A DNA stretch of 32,000 nt from Argonema galeatum A003/A1 (GCF_023333595.1 NZ_JAIQZM010000007.1:183763-215762), one strand, 5' to 3'. Positions 1 through 8,085 are shown, numbered from the stretch's first letter. Notes: generated from the letters alone by a model not told the origin. Numbers and translations: made by a program.

Positions 1-723
1 GCTGCGGAATTGGCTGAGGCGGCTGAATACGTGCGGAGTCTCCTGCCAGAACCATTGAATGGGCCGATCGCCATCCAAGGAAAGTATATTCCCTCCAGTC
101 GTTTGGGAGGCGATGGCTTCGATTATTTCTGGCTTGATGAGAATTTATTGGCGATTTACCTAATGGATACCGCAGGACATGGCTTGAAAGCTGCCCTCCC
201 CTCCATTTCGGTGATGAATCTGCTGAGGTCGCAAGCGCTTCCCAATCTTAATTACTCTCAACCCAGCCAGGTTTTGAGCGCTTTAAATCGCACTTTCCAG
301 ATGACTTCCCAAAACGATAAATATTTTACCATCTGGTATGGCGTTTATAACCGAGTTACGCGCCAGCTTACTTACGCCAGCGCCGGACATCCCCCAGCAA
401 TCTTGTTATGGGGAACGCCGCAATCAATCCAACACCTGAAAACGCCAGGTATGCCTGTTGGTATGTTCGAGGATGTCGTATTTACCGATCGATTCTGCGA
501 GATCCCGGCGTCCAGTACCCTTTACATTTTCAGTGATGGGATTTACGAAATTCCGCAACCGGACGGGACTATCTGGGGTCTTGATACTTTCATTAATTTT
601 GTGAAAAACTCTAAAAACGCTGGCAAGTGCAATTTAGACCAGATCTTGCAAGAAGTTGAGGCTGCTAACTCTAAAGACGTTTTTGACGATGATGTGTCTA
701 TCCTAGAGATTAAATTTGATTAG
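1..723 (+). CDS. PP2C/SpoIIE-family serine phosphatase (RsbU-like), C-terminal part; the gene enters the window from the left
   Basis: The frame is open from base 1 (track ORF 10..723). Motifs GGDGFDYF, MDTAGHGLKAAL, YASAGHPP and IFSDGIYE are typical of SpoIIE/RsbU PP2C domains. A convergent STAS gene lies next to it. Confidence 0.8.
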   Translation, partial: AAELAEAAEYVRSLLPEPLNGPIAIQGKYIPSSRLGGDGFDYFWLDENLLAIYLMDTAGHGLKAALPSISVMNLLRSQALPNLNYSQPSQVLSALNRTFQMTSQNDKYFTIWYGVYNRVTRQLTYASAGHPPAILLWGTPQSIQHLKTPGMPVGMFEDVVFTDRFCEIPASSTLYIFSDGIYEIPQPDGTIWGLDTFINFVKNSKNAGKCNLDQILQEVEAANSKDVFDDDVSILEIKFD

Positions 724-743
724 CATTGGCTACAAACATATAT

Positions 744-766
744 AGATCTGGGTGAAACCCAGATCT
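744..766. terminator. Hairpin between convergent genes, a likely bidirectional terminator
   Basis: agatctggg-tgaaa-cccagatct forms a perfect 9-bp stem with a 5-nt loop, followed by attt. It lies between the stop codons of the phosphatase (+) and STAS (-) genes. Confidence 0.6.
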
Positions 767-783
767 ATTTCACATACTGTGGA

Positions 784-1110
784 CTAGCTGAGCGAGCCTA
801 TTGCGTTGGCGAATTCATCTCGGTTGGGAAATATTTGAAAGACGCGATCCATGCTAGTGAGCTCAAACAACATTCTGACTTGCTCATTAATCGAGCAAAT
901 AAAAAGCTTACCTCCAGCAGCACGAACTGTTTTCAAACCTAACACTAAAGCGCCCAGTCCAGAACTATCCATAAAGGTTACATCCTGGAAATCTATTAAC
1001 ACAATATTTGTTCCATTTTCCACAATTTCGCCAATTTCCTGGCGAAATTCACTACCTTTTGCACTATCTAAAATTCCAGCGGGTTGAATAACTTTAAAAA
1101 CAGGATTCAT
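784..1110 (-). CDS. STAS-domain anti-sigma-factor antagonist (SpoIIAA/RsbV-like)
   Basis: 108 aa. VLIDFQDVTFMDSSGLGALV carries the conserved phosphorylatable Ser context (DSSG) of anti-anti-sigma factors. Confidence 0.85.
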   Translation of the reverse strand: MNPVFKVIQPAGILDSAKGSEFRQEIGEIVENGTNIVLIDFQDVTFMDSSGLGALVLGLKTVRAAGGKLFICSINEQVRMLFELTSMDRVFQIFPNRDEFANAIGSLS

Positions 1111-1188
1111 AATGCCTAGAAATCAGTTTGTCAAGATTTTTAGCTCAAAAGCATGAGTCAATAGACTTTAGCATAGAGCGGGGCTTTG

Positions 1189-1851
1189 TTACGATCGTCC
1201 AATAGGTTGGATGGGGCTAACTTTGGCGCGATAGAGGAGTCGATCGCCCTGTCGATAGCCAGTGTAGCGTACCTTGATGCGATCGCCTGGTTGCGCCGTG
1301 AGATCCATCAGCTGATGCTGGTGGGGGTCGTAAGGCAACTCTGCTCCCACGGGTGCGATCGCCTCCACCCCCCATTGTTGCACGAGCTGTTCCACAGGTC
1401 GCAACAACGGCAGCAATTTTACAGCCGGTAGCTGAGGATTTTGCCCAGCAGCATAAGCAGCTGTGGGCCACTGGATGAGCCAAGATTCTAAAACCTCCAG
1501 ACTCGACTGCACAAATTCCTGCATCAAAGATTGTCGCTGTTCCTCCATTTGCTCTAGCAAGCGTTTGTACTCCTGCTGTAATGCTGGTGATGTTTCTGGC
1601 GATCCTGTAGTCCAATTTATTTGGCTCTTGCCAAAAGTTGCCAATAACTCGCTCACCGGCACTTGCAAAGCTTGACTGAGTTTGAGGATATTTTCTAAGA
1701 GCATCTGCATCACCTGTCCTCGCCGCAACCGCATTACCTGCCGTTCCGAGACACCTGCCTTGCGACTGAGAGCTTTAAAACTAGAAACACCCGCCAGCTG
1801 CATTAAACGTTGCAGCTGGTGGGTATAGTCTTGAAGCGGAGACTGGTTCAT
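1189..1851 (-). CDS. HTH-domain protein with a GrpE-like C-terminal domain
   Basis: 220-aa ORF. The N-terminal segment FKALSRKAGVSERQVMRLRRGQ looks like an HTH. The C-terminal PYDPHQHQLM...GDRIKVRYTGYRQGDRLLYRAKV resembles the GrpE beta-domain. Overlapping track ORFs on both strands are shorter and of low complexity. Confidence 0.5.
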   Translation of the reverse strand: MNQSPLQDYTHQLQRLMQLAGVSSFKALSRKAGVSERQVMRLRRGQVMQMLLENILKLSQALQVPVSELLATFGKSQINWTTGSPETSPALQQEYKRLLEQMEEQRQSLMQEFVQSSLEVLESWLIQWPTAAYAAGQNPQLPAVKLLPLLRPVEQLVQQWGVEAIAPVGAELPYDPHQHQLMDLTAQPGDRIKVRYTGYRQGDRLLYRAKVSPIQPIGRS

Positions 1852-1910
1852 CAGAGAAATGGGTTGAAACCCCGTCCGAAGAGCGAAGCGGAGGACGGCT
1901 TTACTGAAAT

Positions 1911-2282
1911 CTAGCTAGCAACAATTAATCCAGTTGAACGCCGAATTAACGTCACCTTGCTAGATGCTATCTGCCCTAACCGTTTCCAGTTAGCATCGCT
2001 GACAGATATCTGTTTTTCCGTGTCGCCACTAACGTAGCCAATCCCTTTTGGTGAATTGACCAAATCACCTTTGCGAACACCATGACGAGTTGTAGAACCG
2101 CCATACTTACGCCTGACGCCGCCAATAGAGGGAACCATTAAATGAAGTTGACGACGAGAAATAGGGGGGCGACGAATCACAAAGAATAGTGCAGGGGTAA
2201 CAGCAACGAAACCAAACCAGTTCGCACCACTTTCTGTTGTTTTGTGATAGCGTCTGTACTCAACTTGCGGCAGACGCAGCAA
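1911..2282 (-). CDS. isrB: C-terminal (TID-like) part of the same IsrB-like protein, in a different frame from 2260..3009
   Basis: ISRRQLHLMVPSIGGVRRKYGGSTTRHGVRKGDLVNSPKGIGYVSG resembles the IscB/IsrB C-terminal target-interaction region. It overlaps the upstream ORF by 23 nt in another frame, which implies a single-nt indel near 2260-2285. Confidence 0.65.
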   Translation of the reverse strand: MLRLPQVEYRRYHKTTESGANWFGFVAVTPALFFVIRRPPISRRQLHLMVPSIGGVRRKYGGSTTRHGVRKGDLVNSPKGIGYVSGDTEKQISVSDANWKRLGQIASSKVTLIRRSTGLIVAS

Positions 2283-3009
2283 TTGCTACCCCATCTACAG
2301 CGTGAGTGTTAAACTCAGCCGAAGACTTTTGAGTTTTATTTTTGAATAGCCCCAGATATGCACGGGTTAAAGCAGTTTGATAACCTTCAATTGTGGTAAC
2401 TGGTGCAAGCTTTTCTAACTGACTCAGCATCCAGCGCTGACCTACCATCACGGGGGAGAAACCTTTCCCCGATTTAGCTTTCTTGCGCCCTGATGTCAAA
2501 TCCACATCAGCCCGAACATATTCGTACCTAATTTCTGTGACTGGATAAATTTTGCTCAGTTCGGATACTATCCTGAGTTCGAGTTGACGGTTAGCTCGAA
2601 TTGATGGAGCTAGTTTACTATGACAACGATTGTCAAATCGTTGTTGACGATGAGCGCGTTTTGAGAATGCCACTTTTCGGTTAATCCTTCTCCCTCTACG
2701 TCCCCGCCGCATTAATCGTCGTGCGTCCATTCGTTGGCGCACTGTTTTAAATGGCAGAATCAAATGTGCCGTGTAGAGAGTGAATTTTGCTGATTGGACG
2801 CCAATTCCTGAATAATGCTTACCAGGGTCGATGCCAATTACAATGTCTTGAGTGGCATAGCCTGATGGCTCTACTGTCAATCGCACGTAAAATTGACCGC
2901 CATCCGACCAGCATTTTACAGCTTTGCCGGATTCAATCCATTTTCTTGCTCTGGCAGGGGTCGTGGGCATTAATGGTTGGTTGTCACGTGAAACAACTGG
3001 AATTCGCAT
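2260..3009 (-). CDS. isrB: IsrB-like OMEGA RNA-guided nuclease (HNH-less IscB, RRXRR/PLMP family), N-terminal 249 aa up to RuvC-III
   Basis: PLMP motif (DNQPLMPTTPARARKWI), RuvC-I IGIDPG, arginine-rich bridge helix RRLMRRGRRGRRINRK, RuvC-II EIRYEYV and RuvC-III NTHAVDGVAIA. No CxxC/HNH insert lies between RuvC-II and RuvC-III. The ORF stops a few codons after RuvC-III. Confidence 0.8.
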   Translation of the reverse strand: MRIPVVSRDNQPLMPTTPARARKWIESGKAVKCWSDGGQFYVRLTVEPSGYATQDIVIGIDPGKHYSGIGVQSAKFTLYTAHLILPFKTVRQRMDARRLMRRGRRGRRINRKVAFSKRAHRQQRFDNRCHSKLAPSIRANRQLELRIVSELSKIYPVTEIRYEYVRADVDLTSGRKKAKSGKGFSPVMVGQRWMLSQLEKLAPVTTIEGYQTALTRAYLGLFKNKTQKSSAEFNTHAVDGVAIAASAAS

Positions 3010-3054
3010 GATTTGGTATAACCCAAAATTGTTTGGTTGAGTCGAGGGGGAGTA

Positions 3055-4662
3055 TTACCTCCCGCCCCTCTCAGTTAGAACCGGACGTGCTGTTTTCACC
3101 GCATCCGGCTCCCGACGTTCTTGGCTTGCGCTTTTGCCCATGTGAATGTAATCGTGGCAGCTTTCGTGAATGGCTAGAAGGTTGTTTTTCTTCCAATTGT
3201 TATGGTTTCCATCAATATGATGGAGGTGTACCTTCTCGTTACTAAGCATTTTTAGTCCACAATACCCACATGAATGGTTTTGCTTTTTGAGAGCTTTAGA
3301 GGTTTCACCGTCGTAGAGCTTGCTGTTACGCTCACTCCAGTAGGGAACATCTCCGTCGTAGGGTGATTTTTCCCCTTTGACGTTAATGAATTTGTTTTCG
3401 GAGTAAGGGACTGATGGGAATGCTTTATCCAATAACTTCTTACTGGTTGAGCGATTCTGTTTAGATTCCTTGTTGAATACCCTGTAAGCCCTTGTTTCAA
3501 TGTGATAGAGCGAGTTTCTTGACCCGTCCATCTTGCAGTGGCGGTGGTAATTCCTCCAACCTCTAACTACAGGGGCTAATTTCTCAGCCTTTGTGGTAGC
3601 GCCATAATTCGAGTTGTTGACGATGTGTTTTACTTTCTGACGAAAAGCCTTGTAATTGTCCTCTGAAGGGACGCATCTAAACTTCCCGTTACTTTGCACT
3701 TTGAAGTGCCAGCCGAGGAAATCAAACCCATCTGTCGTAGCGGTTAGCTTGGTTTTCTTTTCACTAATCTTCATCCCCCTTTCCGCTAGAAACTGGCTTA
3801 TCTGCTCAAGTATTGCTACTGCATCGTCTTTGGGCTTTAGAATGAACACCATGTCGTCTGCATATCTGACAGATTGGTGGATGTCCTCTATACCATTGAG
3901 TGCGATGTTAGCTAATAGGGGACTCACCACCCCCCCTTGCGGGGTTCCCTGTTCGGGAAATTCTGGGTTGACTCCTGCTTTAAGGCATCGAAATATTCCG
4001 AGCTTAATACCCGTTGGGGCAATGAGTCGTTCCATTATAGATTTGTGAGCAATCCTGTCGAAGCATTTTTCGATATCGAGTTCTATAACCCGTTTTTCTA
4101 TTCCGTTGCAGTACGAGCGTAGGTTATTGAACAGGTATCTCTGAGCGTCATGTGTCGCCCTACCTGTCCTGAATCCGTAACTCCTAGCGTGGAAGGTTGC
4201 CTCTGCTGCTGGTTCTAGGGCTAGTTTTACAAGGCATTGCCAAGCTCTATCCCCGATAGTAGGCACTTTTAAGAGGCGGGTTGTCCCGTCCTTCTTAGGT
4301 ATGGGTATTTCCCGTAGTCTTTGATGTTTCCAGTTGCTACTTTTGGTTCTAAGTTCTTCACTTAGGTTCAACCTTTCCTCATGATTGAGTGAGGCTTTAC
4401 CATCTATACCTGCCGTTCTTTTTCCAGCGTTTAGCTGTGTTACCTGACGTATTGCCAGCATCCTAGCTGCGGTTGACTTGAGTATCAACCTTTGTAAGGA
4501 CATAGCTTTCCGTTTGTCTCCAACCTGAATCGCTTTGAACACTCGCCTTTGGAGGCGGAATAAATCCTTCTGGAATTTCTTCCAGGGCAGATTCTTCCAA
4601 GTTTCGCTAGCATTTCTGCTGCGTCTAAACATACTCTTCTCCAGTTCGTGTTTTCTGAACAC
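3055..4662 (-). CDS. Group II intron-encoded protein: reverse transcriptase, maturase (X) and HNH endonuclease domains
   Basis: 535-aa ORF. RT motifs GIDGK, TPQGGVVSPLLANIALN and RYADDMVF are present. HNH motifs CGYCG...HLHHIDGNHNNWKKNNLLAIHESCH are present. The C-terminal EPDAVKTARPVLTERGG tail is encoded by domain V/VI RNA. The true start may be the internal Met at 4632. Confidence 0.9.
   Translation of the reverse strand: MFRKHELEKSMFRRSRNASETWKNLPWKKFQKDLFRLQRRVFKAIQVGDKRKAMSLQRLILKSTAARMLAIRQVTQLNAGKRTAGIDGKASLNHEERLNLSEELRTKSSNWKHQRLREIPIPKKDGTTRLLKVPTIGDRAWQCLVKLALEPAAEATFHARSYGFRTGRATHDAQRYLFNNLRSYCNGIEKRVIELDIEKCFDRIAHKSIMERLIAPTGIKLGIFRCLKAGVNPEFPEQGTPQGGVVSPLLANIALNGIEDIHQSVRYADDMVFILKPKDDAVAILEQISQFLAERGMKISEKKTKLTATTDGFDFLGWHFKVQSNGKFRCVPSEDNYKAFRQKVKHIVNNSNYGATTKAEKLAPVVRGWRNYHRHCKMDGSRNSLYHIETRAYRVFNKESKQNRSTSKKLLDKAFPSVPYSENKFINVKGEKSPYDGDVPYWSERNSKLYDGETSKALKKQNHSCGYCGLKMLSNEKVHLHHIDGNHNNWKKNNLLAIHESCHDYIHMGKSASQERREPDAVKTARPVLTERGGR
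3078..3111 (-). ncRNA. Group II intron domain V (catalytic hairpin)
   Basis: GAGCCGGAUGCGGUGAAAACAGCACGUCCGGUUC is 34 nt. The AGC triad sits at positions 2-4, the AC bulge at positions 24-25 and the hairpin is capped by a GAAA tetraloop. Confidence 0.85.
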
Positions 4663-5187
4663 CTTTCAGCAATTACGCTGAATCCTACCCGAATTGTGGG
4701 AATTCCGACGCTCGTCTGTCCTACTTGAGGTTCGACATCCTCTAGACCCACATTCCGTTTTTATTCGTTCCTTCGGTTGATTGTTCGTCCCGTTAGATGT
4801 AGCCAATTCGACCATTGGAAACCCTGGACTCTTACCGCTATTAGACTTAGTATGCGGCGGGTTTTATCTCCAATGAAGTCAGGGTTTTAGTGTTATGTCC
4901 TGCTCGCGAATAGGTCGCTTTTCTAGGCTCGGTTTCATCATAGGGACTCCCCGTTAGCGCCAGTGTTATCTCATAACAGATGTCTGATTGCGCTCTGTTC
5001 CCAGCTTCACTCTCCAAGAATCGAGCTTGGTCGGTGTGGGCAGGTAGGGAGTCATGCCTGAGTCTGGCAGAAGGGGCTTACACCCTTATCAGACCGAGAG
5101 TTCAGCCTTTTGTTGACAGTAACTGCTGTCAGGCTGGAAGTGCTATGTACGGGCTTTCACCGTGATTCACACCTCAACGAATCGCAC

Positions 5188-5375
5188 AAGTCTCTTCGCC
5201 CAACTCAACGCCGGATGTCTTGGCTTTCCCAACGCCTAAACCAATTAGGCTTACAGAGCTCCGAACTAGAGAAGCATTCGGATGTATGTACCAAGTTGAG
5301 TCTCAACGGGCTATTCGCCTCTTACGTTGTCCGAACCAATTCGGACAATCCTCGTCCCTTTAGGGCGAGGTTGGT
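5188..5375 (-). ncRNA. Putative omega-RNA (HEARO-like) 5' portion of the IsrB element, acting as the 5' exon of the intron; the remainder would be 3035..3010
   Basis: This is the non-coding stretch between the dps stop and the intron. It is densely structured: CCTCGCCC-TAAA-GGGACGAGG, TTGTCCGAA-TTGG-TTCGGACAA, GTTGAG-AC-TCAAC, GCCTAA-TTGG-TTTAGGC and a second CGTTGAG copy. Its position upstream of isrB matches where IscB/IsrB omega-RNAs are encoded. No covariance-model search was possible. Confidence 0.4.
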
Positions 5376-5866
5376 GAATCTTCGAGCAAACTTCTTAACA
5401 TCCAAGCATTCTTTTCGTGTATGTGCATCCGCTGAGTCAAGAGATCGGCACTTGGTTCGTCATTCACCCCCTCAACGCTAGGGAAGATAGAGCGAGCGGT
5501 TCGCACTACAGCTTCTTGACCTTCAACCAGTAGGCGGATCATTTCCTGCGCTTTGGGAACGCCTGCTGTCTCTTTTATCGAGCTTAACCTTGCATAATCG
5601 CTGTAAGTTCCAGTCGCCGGAAAGCCCAAAGCTCTGATTCGTTCCGCAATTAGATCCACAGCTAGAGCCAATTCAGTGTACTGCGTCTCGAACATCAAAT
5701 GCAATGTCTGGAACATGGGGCCTGTGACGTTCCAGTGAAAGTTGTGGGTTTTCAGGTAAAGCGTATAGGTGTCCGCTAGCAGGCGAGACAGTCCTTGGGC
5801 AATTTCTTGGCGAGCTTGTTCGTCAATGCCGATGTTTACTGGTATAGCTTTGTCGTGAAGTTGCAT
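5360..5866 (-). CDS. dps: Dps-family DNA-binding ferritin-like protein
   Basis: From the internal Met: MQLHDKAIPVNIGID...LADTYTLYLKTHNFHWNVTGPMFQTLHLMFE...HEKNAWMLRSLLE, the classic Dps signature. The longer track ORF (to 5983) overlaps srxA and was rejected. Confidence 0.85.
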   Translation of the reverse strand: MQLHDKAIPVNIGIDEQARQEIAQGLSRLLADTYTLYLKTHNFHWNVTGPMFQTLHLMFETQYTELALAVDLIAERIRALGFPATGTYSDYARLSSIKETAGVPKAQEMIRLLVEGQEAVVRTARSIFPSVEGVNDEPSADLLTQRMHIHEKNAWMLRSLLEDSPTSP

Positions 5867-5901
5867 ATTTTTGTCCTGATTTAGGAATGAAATTTTTGAT
5901 C

Positions 5902-6186
5902 TCAGGCTAGGTGCATCCGTAAAACCGAGGGGGTCGCCTTGCGGACTCTGCAACGGATGGTTTCTTGGCCCAGTCGCTGGCAAGCCTCAAATCGGTGACA
6001 ACCGGAGAAGCCATAATATTGTCCGTTTACTTCTAGAACGTCGATCGGTTCTTGTTGACCGATCGATCGAATCGATTCCACTAATGCGTCCACTTTTGTA
6101 GGATCGGTCTGTCGAATCAGGGGACGATGAATCTGCCGTAGGGGAATTTCCTGTATTCTAACCATCGGGCGTGTTACTGCTTCCAT
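5902..6186 (-). CDS. srxA: Sulfiredoxin (ParB/Srx fold)
   Basis: 94 aa. IPLRQIHRP...DPTKVDALVESI...GFSGCHRFEA contains the sulfiredoxin active-site GCHR motif. It lies 35 nt upstream of dps. Confidence 0.75.
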   Translation of the reverse strand: MEAVTRPMVRIQEIPLRQIHRPLIRQTDPTKVDALVESIRSIGQQEPIDVLEVNGQYYGFSGCHRFEACQRLGQETIRCRVRKATPSVLRMHLA

Positions 6187-6342
6187 ACCTAAGTCTCTAC
6201 CTTTTAATCATACTCGTTATGACTTCAAGTTGCCCTTTACCAACTTTGAGGCCGATTAACTTCGCGAAAGGCTGACAGCGTTTTACAGACGGCGTTCCCA
6301 AATGATGGAATAAGGGACTAGATAGATAGAAAGCGTAAAGCT

Positions 6343-8034
6343 ATGCTCGATCAAAAAAGATATATCGCGAGGCAGCTGATGCAGAGAACTACTTCTATCC
6401 TCAGAGAGATTGTGATGGTAACTCGGTATCGCGACAGTCGATGGGTGGGTTACTGGTGGCGTACAGCGGTGACCGTGTTTTGTTTGGTAGGACTCACAGC
6501 AGACGTGCGAGCAACGGCTGTGGGTGGGGATGTGGAACTCAAAGTCGGGATTGTGCAGCGATTTGGTGCCACACCGGAGGACGAGCTGACTTTGAAGGCG
6601 ACAGAGGGCAAAGGCTTGACATTGCGGTTCCTAGCTGGAAATATGGAGCCACAAACTGTTTTGGCGAACAGCATCAAGCTGGAAATACAGATGCAACCGC
6701 TAGCAGTGCCAGAAGTGCAAGAGCAAGTTGTCCTCAGTACCAACCCAAACTTCGAGACAGCGGAAGATAGTGCCGAACAGTGGCGTGCAAAAGGGATTGA
6801 AGTCGAGATAGCTCAGCCAAGACGTTGGCAGGTTTGGGCCAAACGGGATATTTACAGTACTCCCTTACTGCGACGGTTGCTGCTTCAGAGTCTGGAAGCC
6901 CAAGGCTTTAAAACGGCTTATTTGGATACGGAAATTAAGAAACAGGAACCAAAGCCGTCTTGGGTGGTCAATGGTTTGCGCTACAACCGCAAAAACCTAG
7001 AGATCGTATCCGAGCGAAATAGGATTCAGGTATATCAGGGTAAAAACGATCGAACCGGGCGGATATTCGTCGGAGTTCTCCGACTCCAGCCTAACGCTTA
7101 CGGCACCTACACCTTAGTCAATCAAGTACCCCTAGAGACATATTTGCGGGGGGTTGTGCCGAATGAAATTGGAGCCAGGGCACCTTATGCGGCTCTAGAA
7201 GCCCAGACGATTTTGGCGCGGACTTACGCCCTGCGGAACTTACGCCGATTTGCGATCGATGGTTACGAACTTTCTGCGGACATTCACTGCCAAGTTTATT
7301 ACGGACTCAGCGGTGCTTTTCCCCAGACGGATAAAGCGATCGCAGCCACGAAAGGCTTAGTGATCGTCTACAACAACGAGTTGATCGATGCAGTTTATTC
7401 TTCCACAACTGGCGGCGTCACCGCCTCCTTCAAAGATATTTGGAACGGTGCAGAGCGGCCTTATCTACGTCCGGTGGTGGATGCGGTGAGCAATATTTGG
7501 GATCTGGGTCGCGACAGTTTGGCAGACGATCAAAACTTACGGAAGTTTATCAACTTGCAGAAAGGCTTCAACGAAGAGGGCAAAAGTTTGTTTCGCTGGC
7601 GCAAAGAAACCAGCCTTCCAGACCTGGCGCTGCAGTTGCAGAAGTATCTCCAGGACAAAAAACATCCGCTGGCCAAGTTTAAAATGGTTCAGCAGATGCA
7701 GGTGGTAGAGCGATCCCCAAGTGGGCGCATCCTTAAAATGGTCGTGCAGACCGATCGGGGTGCGATCGAACTGCACAAAGAAGAAGTTCGCAGCGCCTTT
7801 CTCGCTCCTATCAGCACGCTGTTTTATCTAGATCCCGTCAAAAAAGACAACCAAACTCTATGGGGCTACGCCTTTGTCGGGGGTGGATACGGACACGGCG
7901 TCGGCTTGAGTCAAACGGGTGCCTATCAGTTAGGGAATCTGGGTTGGTCCAGTCAGCAGATTCTGAACTTTTATTATCCCGGCACTCAAATCCAGCCCCT
8001 TAACGATTCCATCAGCTTTTGGCAGGCCCAGTGA
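6343..8034 (+). CDS. SpoIID/LytB-domain protein (lytic transglycosylase / amidase enhancer family)
   Basis: Motifs VVPNEIGARAPYAALEAQTILARTYAL, YSSTTGG and GHGVGLSQTGA are present, with an N-terminal hydrophobic segment. The start is uncertain and may be Met at 6415. Confidence 0.8.
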   Translation: MLDQKRYIARQLMQRTTSILREIVMVTRYRDSRWVGYWWRTAVTVFCLVGLTADVRATAVGGDVELKVGIVQRFGATPEDELTLKATEGKGLTLRFLAGNMEPQTVLANSIKLEIQMQPLAVPEVQEQVVLSTNPNFETAEDSAEQWRAKGIEVEIAQPRRWQVWAKRDIYSTPLLRRLLLQSLEAQGFKTAYLDTEIKKQEPKPSWVVNGLRYNRKNLEIVSERNRIQVYQGKNDRTGRIFVGVLRLQPNAYGTYTLVNQVPLETYLRGVVPNEIGARAPYAALEAQTILARTYALRNLRRFAIDGYELSADIHCQVYYGLSGAFPQTDKAIAATKGLVIVYNNELIDAVYSSTTGGVTASFKDIWNGAERPYLRPVVDAVSNIWDLGRDSLADDQNLRKFINLQKGFNEEGKSLFRWRKETSLPDLALQLQKYLQDKKHPLAKFKMVQQMQVVERSPSGRILKMVVQTDRGAIELHKEEVRSAFLAPISTLFYLDPVKKDNQTLWGYAFVGGGYGHGVGLSQTGAYQLGNLGWSSQQILNFYYPGTQIQPLNDSISFWQAQ

Positions 8035-8043
8035 CCCAGGAGT

Positions 8044-8085
8044 CAGGAACCAGGAGTCGGGCGAAATTCTGCCTCCTGATTCCTG
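8044..8085. terminator. Hairpin between the convergent SpoIID and petF genes
   Basis: caggaaccaggag (8044-8056) pairs with ctcctgattcctg (8073-8085) with one mismatch in a 13-bp stem. Confidence 0.5.

Larger units (their letters stand above)
3036..5187 (-). mobile_element. Complete group II intron, 2152 nt, carrying an RT/maturase/HNH ORF in domain IV
   Basis: On the minus strand the 5' end reads GTGCGATTCG at 5187. Canonical domain V lies at 3111..3078. A domain VI-like stem (TGA-GAGGGG...CCCCTC-GAC-TCA-AC) places a bulged A 7 nt from the proposed 3' end ...CTCAAC at 3036. An EBS1 candidate AAGTCT (4848..4843) is complementary to the last 6 nt of the 5' exon, AGACTT (5193..5188). Confidence 0.85.

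Noticed and set aside
3055-4662. Reverse transcriptase as a retron, DGR or Abi-type defence RT
   Set aside because: The RT is followed by X and HNH domains and is embedded in an RNA with a GUGCG 5' end and canonical domains V and VI, so it is a group II intron protein.
4980-5481. Plus-strand ORFs 4980..5165 and 5110..5481, and minus-strand ORF 4485..4751
   Set aside because: They lie inside group II intron domain I, the structured isrB leader or the dps 3' end. No coding features are present and the region is better explained as RNA.
5867-5983. N-terminal extension of dps in the track ORF (5360..5983)
   Set aside because: The extension overlaps the srxA 3' end and has no Dps similarity. The canonical Dps N-terminus begins at Met 5866.
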